Source of the DNA: a virus
Taxonomy: Duplodnaviria > Caudoviricetes
Virus record (IMG/VR): IMGVR_UViG_3300004210_000005
Span: 1 to 39,001 of that record
DNA: 39,001 nucleotides
Strand: one strand, 5' to 3'
In this document: piece after piece, positions 35,756 through 39,001 of the stretch
Numbering within the stretch: position 1 is the first letter of the stretch
How the letters are laid out: each line of letters starts with the position of its first letter
The notes under the pieces: model-generated
Told to the model about the DNA's origin: nothing
Seen by the model: the letters and a program-made list of their open reading frames with translations, nothing else
Databases searched by the model: none
Position numbers and translations under genes: made by a program

Positions 35756-36142
35756 ATGTTGGATGAAAAAGATGATGCGTTGACTGATAAAGAAAAAAAC
35801 TATATTCAGTCAATGGAAAAAGAGCTTAAGCACATTTGTGATAATGATAGTGATACTGATGGAGAGGCATACGCAATGTTTCGTTTGCAAGACAAAATCA
35901 GCAATCTTAAATCATATGCACAAGATAGAAAAGTTCTCCAAGATAGGAATATTTCATTTACTCCAATATCTGGAGGATTTATTATACAGTCACCTACAAT
36001 GGCATATCGTAGATATTATTACTATGTCAATTCTTGTAAGTGGAGACAAGAAGGTAAATCTAAATACTATTTATGCAAAGACATAAATGATTTATTAGAT
36101 AGATTCATTCTAAATACTATTTTTAAAGGCAAAAAACGGTAG
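35756..36142 (+). CDS. hypothetical protein
   Basis: GGAG SD; 128 aa. Confidence 0.65.
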   Translation: MLDEKDDALTDKEKNYIQSMEKELKHICDNDSDTDGEAYAMFRLQDKISNLKSYAQDRKVLQDRNISFTPISGGFIIQSPTMAYRRYYYYVNSCKWRQEGKSKYYLCKDINDLLDRFILNTIFKGKKR

Positions 36143-36249
36143 GTTTTATATATGAAATGGTTGATCCTGTTATCTTAAGTGATGAATATATTACATTTAT
36201 ATATCCAAAATATTATGAAAAATTTAGAAAGAAGTATTTAAGATGTTGA
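36142..36249 (+). pseudogene. C-terminal remnant of an endonuclease related to 33972..34781
   Basis: frame reads GFIYEMVDPVILSDEYITFIYPKYYEKFRKKYLRC* vs SFSYEIVDPEVLTYDQILKLYFENKIKFLPKYDKKFRERYLNE*. Confidence 0.7.
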
Positions 36250-37211
36250 AAGTCATTTTATGCGTAGGTATAGTAGCATCAGGAAAGTCTACTTGGGCAA
36301 AAGAAGAAATCAAAAGAGATCCTAGTATCATTAGGGTTAACAGAGATGATCTGCGAGTTATGATGTCTAATTATGTTTACTCGCCAGAGAATGAGAAGCT
36401 AATCATTGCGGCTCGTAATCAAATCATTTCTAATGCTTTAAAGAGCGGAAGAAATGTCATCATTGATGATACTAACTTAAATCGCCGTAACTTTGAAGAT
36501 GTCTGTGCTTTGGTTAATAGCCTTGGCGTAGAATGTATGGTTATGGAGAAAGCATTCTATGTCGATCTGGATGAGGCAATTGCCCGCAATGCTAAGCGCG
36601 AAGGATTTGCTTTAATTCCTGAAGATGTTATACGTAAAATGTGGAAGCAATCTGGTGGAACACAACATAAGTTTTATAAAGGTAGAGTTGAGGTTTGCAG
36701 AGGAAATACTCTAGAATTTGATTCTGGAGAGCCCGCATCTACTGATATGAGTAAGCCTTTTGCTATTTTGTGCGATTTAGACGGAACTATTTCGCTTTTT
36801 AACCCCATTCGCAAGAATGGATCTGTTGAAAAGCGTCATGTTGGTGCGCCAGCCAGAAGCCCTTATGATGCATCTAAAGCAAATAATGATATGGTTAATG
36901 AGCCAGTTGCAGAAGTGTTAGAGAGAATGTCTGCTGCCGGATATCAAATCATATTCTGCTCTGGACGCGAAGATCGATACAGGGACCAGACCGTAGAATT
37001 TCTTAAGAAAAATGTTGGGTTTCCATATGAATTAATTATGAGAACAACTGGCGACTCTAGGAAAGACTCTATTGTCAAAGAAGAACTATATCAAAAATAT
37101 GTAGCAGAGAAATACAATGTATTTTTAGTGCTTGATGATCGTAATCAAGTAGTTGACTTCTGGCGTTCAAAAGGATTTGCCTGTTGGCAAGTTAACCCCG
37201 GAGATTTCTAA
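36243..37211 (+). CDS. pseT: T4 PseT-like polynucleotide 5'-kinase/3'-phosphatase
   Basis: GIVASGKSTWA, VNRDDLR, IDDTNL; DLDGT, SGR, RKDSIVK, LDDRNQVV. Confidence 0.9.
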   Translation: MLKVILCVGIVASGKSTWAKEEIKRDPSIIRVNRDDLRVMMSNYVYSPENEKLIIAARNQIISNALKSGRNVIIDDTNLNRRNFEDVCALVNSLGVECMVMEKAFYVDLDEAIARNAKREGFALIPEDVIRKMWKQSGGTQHKFYKGRVEVCRGNTLEFDSGEPASTDMSKPFAILCDLDGTISLFNPIRKNGSVEKRHVGAPARSPYDASKANNDMVNEPVAEVLERMSAAGYQIIFCSGREDRYRDQTVEFLKKNVGFPYELIMRTTGDSRKDSIVKEELYQKYVAEKYNVFLVLDDRNQVVDFWRSKGFACWQVNPGDF

Positions 37212-37555
37212 TGGTAAAAGTTGTATATAATGCATGTTTCGGGGGATTTGGTCTTTCTAGAAAAGCCGCTGAAAGGTTAGCACAATTGGGTGTGGCTGAA
37301 ATGGATGAAGAAATAAAATCCAAAGACGAGTCCCCTCTTAGGTGCTTAGGAGAATGTTTTTCGTTACCAGGCGGAATAGAAAGACATGACCCGCGTCTTG
37401 TTCAAGCTGTAGAAGAATTTGGTAAAGAAGCATCTGGCGCCTTTGCTGACCTTAAAATAGAAAAAATTAAAGGCAAGAAGTATATAATTGATGAATATGA
37501 TGGTAATGAATCGGTAACTGTCCCCTCAGATATAAAGTGGATAATTGTAAAATGA
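37211..37555 (+). CDS. conserved phage hypothetical protein
   Basis: KVVYNACFGGFGLS...RHDPRLVQAVEE...IDEYDG.E pattern recalled from phage hypotheticals. Confidence 0.75.
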   Translation: MVKVVYNACFGGFGLSRKAAERLAQLGVAEMDEEIKSKDESPLRCLGECFSLPGGIERHDPRLVQAVEEFGKEASGAFADLKIEKIKGKKYIIDEYDGNESVTVPSDIKWIIVK

Positions 37556-38064
37556 ATAATAGAAGATATTCTCCAATTAAACCTTTCCCGCCACACTTGC
37601 CAAAAAGAACAGAATTTCGTCTTTCTTTCTCAAACGGAAAGGAAGTCATTTATAGAGACGTATCTGTACTTGGAGACTCTGAGATTAATCTAGAAGAATA
37701 TTTTCGAGATCAAGATGAAGAACTTCCAAAAGATCCAGATATTAGACGATGGCAAAATTTATCTTTACAGGATATTGTAGATTTGGCGCCACCTAATACT
37801 AGATTATGTGATATTATTCTTGATATTGATATGCCAAGATACATGGAATATCTTGACCTTAGCTTTATCAAATATAATCGAGATCTAGATCGTGAAGATG
37901 AAGCATATCAAAAAGCATTACAAAAATACAATAAAGATGTGGTTAAATATAAAAAAGATCTTGCCAAATATGAAGAAGAATTGGAAGATTATGAAAATTG
38001 GGTTAAAGAACAAGAATTGGCTGAGCTTGAAGCCAAGATCAAAAAGTTAAAGAAATCAAAATAA
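37552..38064 (+). CDS. hypothetical protein with C-terminal coiled coil
   Basis: ATG 37552 (ATGA coupling); K/E/Y heptad-like tail. Confidence 0.65.
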   Translation: MNNRRYSPIKPFPPHLPKRTEFRLSFSNGKEVIYRDVSVLGDSEINLEEYFRDQDEELPKDPDIRRWQNLSLQDIVDLAPPNTRLCDIILDIDMPRYMEYLDLSFIKYNRDLDREDEAYQKALQKYNKDVVKYKKDLAKYEEELEDYENWVKEQELAELEAKIKKLKKSK

Positions 38065-38083
38065 TTCGGTTGATTTATTAAAT

Positions 38084-38111
38084 TTGACACCTAATTTTTA
38101 AGATTTATATT
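38084..38111 (+). promoter_or_regulatory. sigma70-like promoter, same family as 23252 and 33530
   Basis: TTGACA-cctaatttttaagatt-TATATT. Confidence 0.65.
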
Positions 38112-38133
38112 GTGTATAGAGGCGAAATTACAC

Positions 38134-38376
38134 ATGGCAAACGCAAACAATGCGGACGGCGTGCAGCGCAGCTATACGATTACGGTCCCATATCAATCTA
38201 ATAAATTGCCCGAGCAATTTAAACCGAACCTAGATCCGCCATATAAAGATTTAGCTGAGATATGCCACGAACACGATATCTATCTTTGTGATCGATTGGC
38301 TAAAGAATTATATGGAATACAAGATTTGTCATTACATATAGATAAAATAAAAGCAATTCTAAATTCAAAAGAATAA
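38134..38376 (+). CDS. hypothetical protein
   Basis: ATG 38134 after GAGG. Confidence 0.55.
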   Translation: MANANNADGVQRSYTITVPYQSNKLPEQFKPNLDPPYKDLAEICHEHDIYLCDRLAKELYGIQDLSLHIDKIKAILNSKE

Positions 38377-38381
38377 AAACA

Positions 38382-39001
38382 ATGTTATTAGTTCAAACAT
38401 ATCTACAGACTCATTCATTTGCTGAACTAGCTGAAGAACATGGCGTGTATGCGTCGTTCTCAAAATCAGGACACAAGTTCTCGTTAAACTATGATCAGCT
38501 TGAATCAAAAGAGTCAGATCTTTTAGCACAACAATGTCGTGGGCTTATCTTGTCCGCTGTGGACGGAAAATCATATCTACCTCAATCAATTGAGATTAAT
38601 GAGCGCCGAACCTACGATTTAGTTGTGCCTGGCGCGACAAGAGTTCTGGCATATCCTATGAATAGATTCTTCAACTATGGGCAGGGATCGGCGGCAGATG
38701 TTGATTGGGCTGATCCTAAACTTGCTATTCTAGAGAAATTGGATGGAACACTTACGATTGTTTACTATGATATGTTCACGGATGAATGGTGTGTTGCAAC
38801 CCGCTCGGTTCCTGAAGCTGATATTATTATTGATAGTGGTTTCTATACATTCAGATCTTTATTCGAAAAGGCTTTAAAGGATACCAATGGTATGTCATTT
38901 GAGGACTTTACAGAAAGACTTGATCGAGAAATTACTTATTGTTTCGAGTTAACTACTCCTTACAATAGGATTGTAGTTGATTATAAGGAATCAAGAATTA
39001 C
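38382..39001 (+). CDS. T4 Rnl1-like RNA ligase (partial, runs off the window)
   Basis: manual translation MLLVQTYL...QCRGLIL...RFFNYG...EKLDG (motif I)...VATRS...CFEL..PYNRIVVDY. Confidence 0.88.
   Translation, partial: MLLVQTYLQTHSFAELAEEHGVYASFSKSGHKFSLNYDQLESKESDLLAQQCRGLILSAVDGKSYLPQSIEINERRTYDLVVPGATRVLAYPMNRFFNYGQGSAADVDWADPKLAILEKLDGTLTIVYYDMFTDEWCVATRSVPEADIIIDSGFYTFRSLFEKALKDTNGMSFEDFTERLDREITYCFELTTPYNRIVVDYKESRI

Noticed and set aside
481-37649. Numerous 60-130 aa antisense or alternate-frame ORFs nested in larger genes
   Set aside because: Shadow ORFs of well-supported + strand genes with no motifs
1-39001. CRISPR array, rRNA, integrase or IS element
   Set aside because: No regularly spaced repeats, rRNA-like stretches or recombinase/transposase motifs seen by eye

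Overview
AT-rich, densely coding, almost entirely + strand window that looks like the non-structural (host-takeover) region of a large/jumbo tailed phage. The phage call rests on rIIA/rIIB-like genes, a T4 Rnl1-type RNA ligase, two polynucleotide kinases, a tRNA array, a homing-type endonuclease and many short ORFans, with no bacterial housekeeping synteny. Recognisable genes: Thg1-like protein, dual-specificity phosphatase, RelA/SpoT-type HD hydrolase, NAD-dependent DNA ligase, Dam-like methylase, WGR-PARP, macrodomain, NADAR, kinase-like protein, metallophosphoesterase, YspA/SLOG, two MoxR-like AAA+ ATPases plus a VWA partner, PurA, nucleotidyltransferase, DEDDh exonuclease and thioredoxin. 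There are nine tRNAs and one tRNA-like RNA. Most notable observations: (1) a 57-aa Flp/Tad pilin on the - strand, missed by the ORF track; (2) a clustered ADP-ribosylation writer/eraser locus; (3) seven unrelated ORFans sharing a C-terminal hydrophobic-x-x-L-x-x-F-x-stop tag; (4) an endonuclease that appears to have inserted into the Walker A coding sequence of a polynucleotide kinase and supplied a new N-terminus, with a decayed relative in front of the second kinase; (5) an A73 tRNA-His alongside Thg1, a tRNA-Leu(AAG), and an anticodon-less G3:U70 tRNA-like RNA. All calls come from reading motifs by eye; no searches were run.
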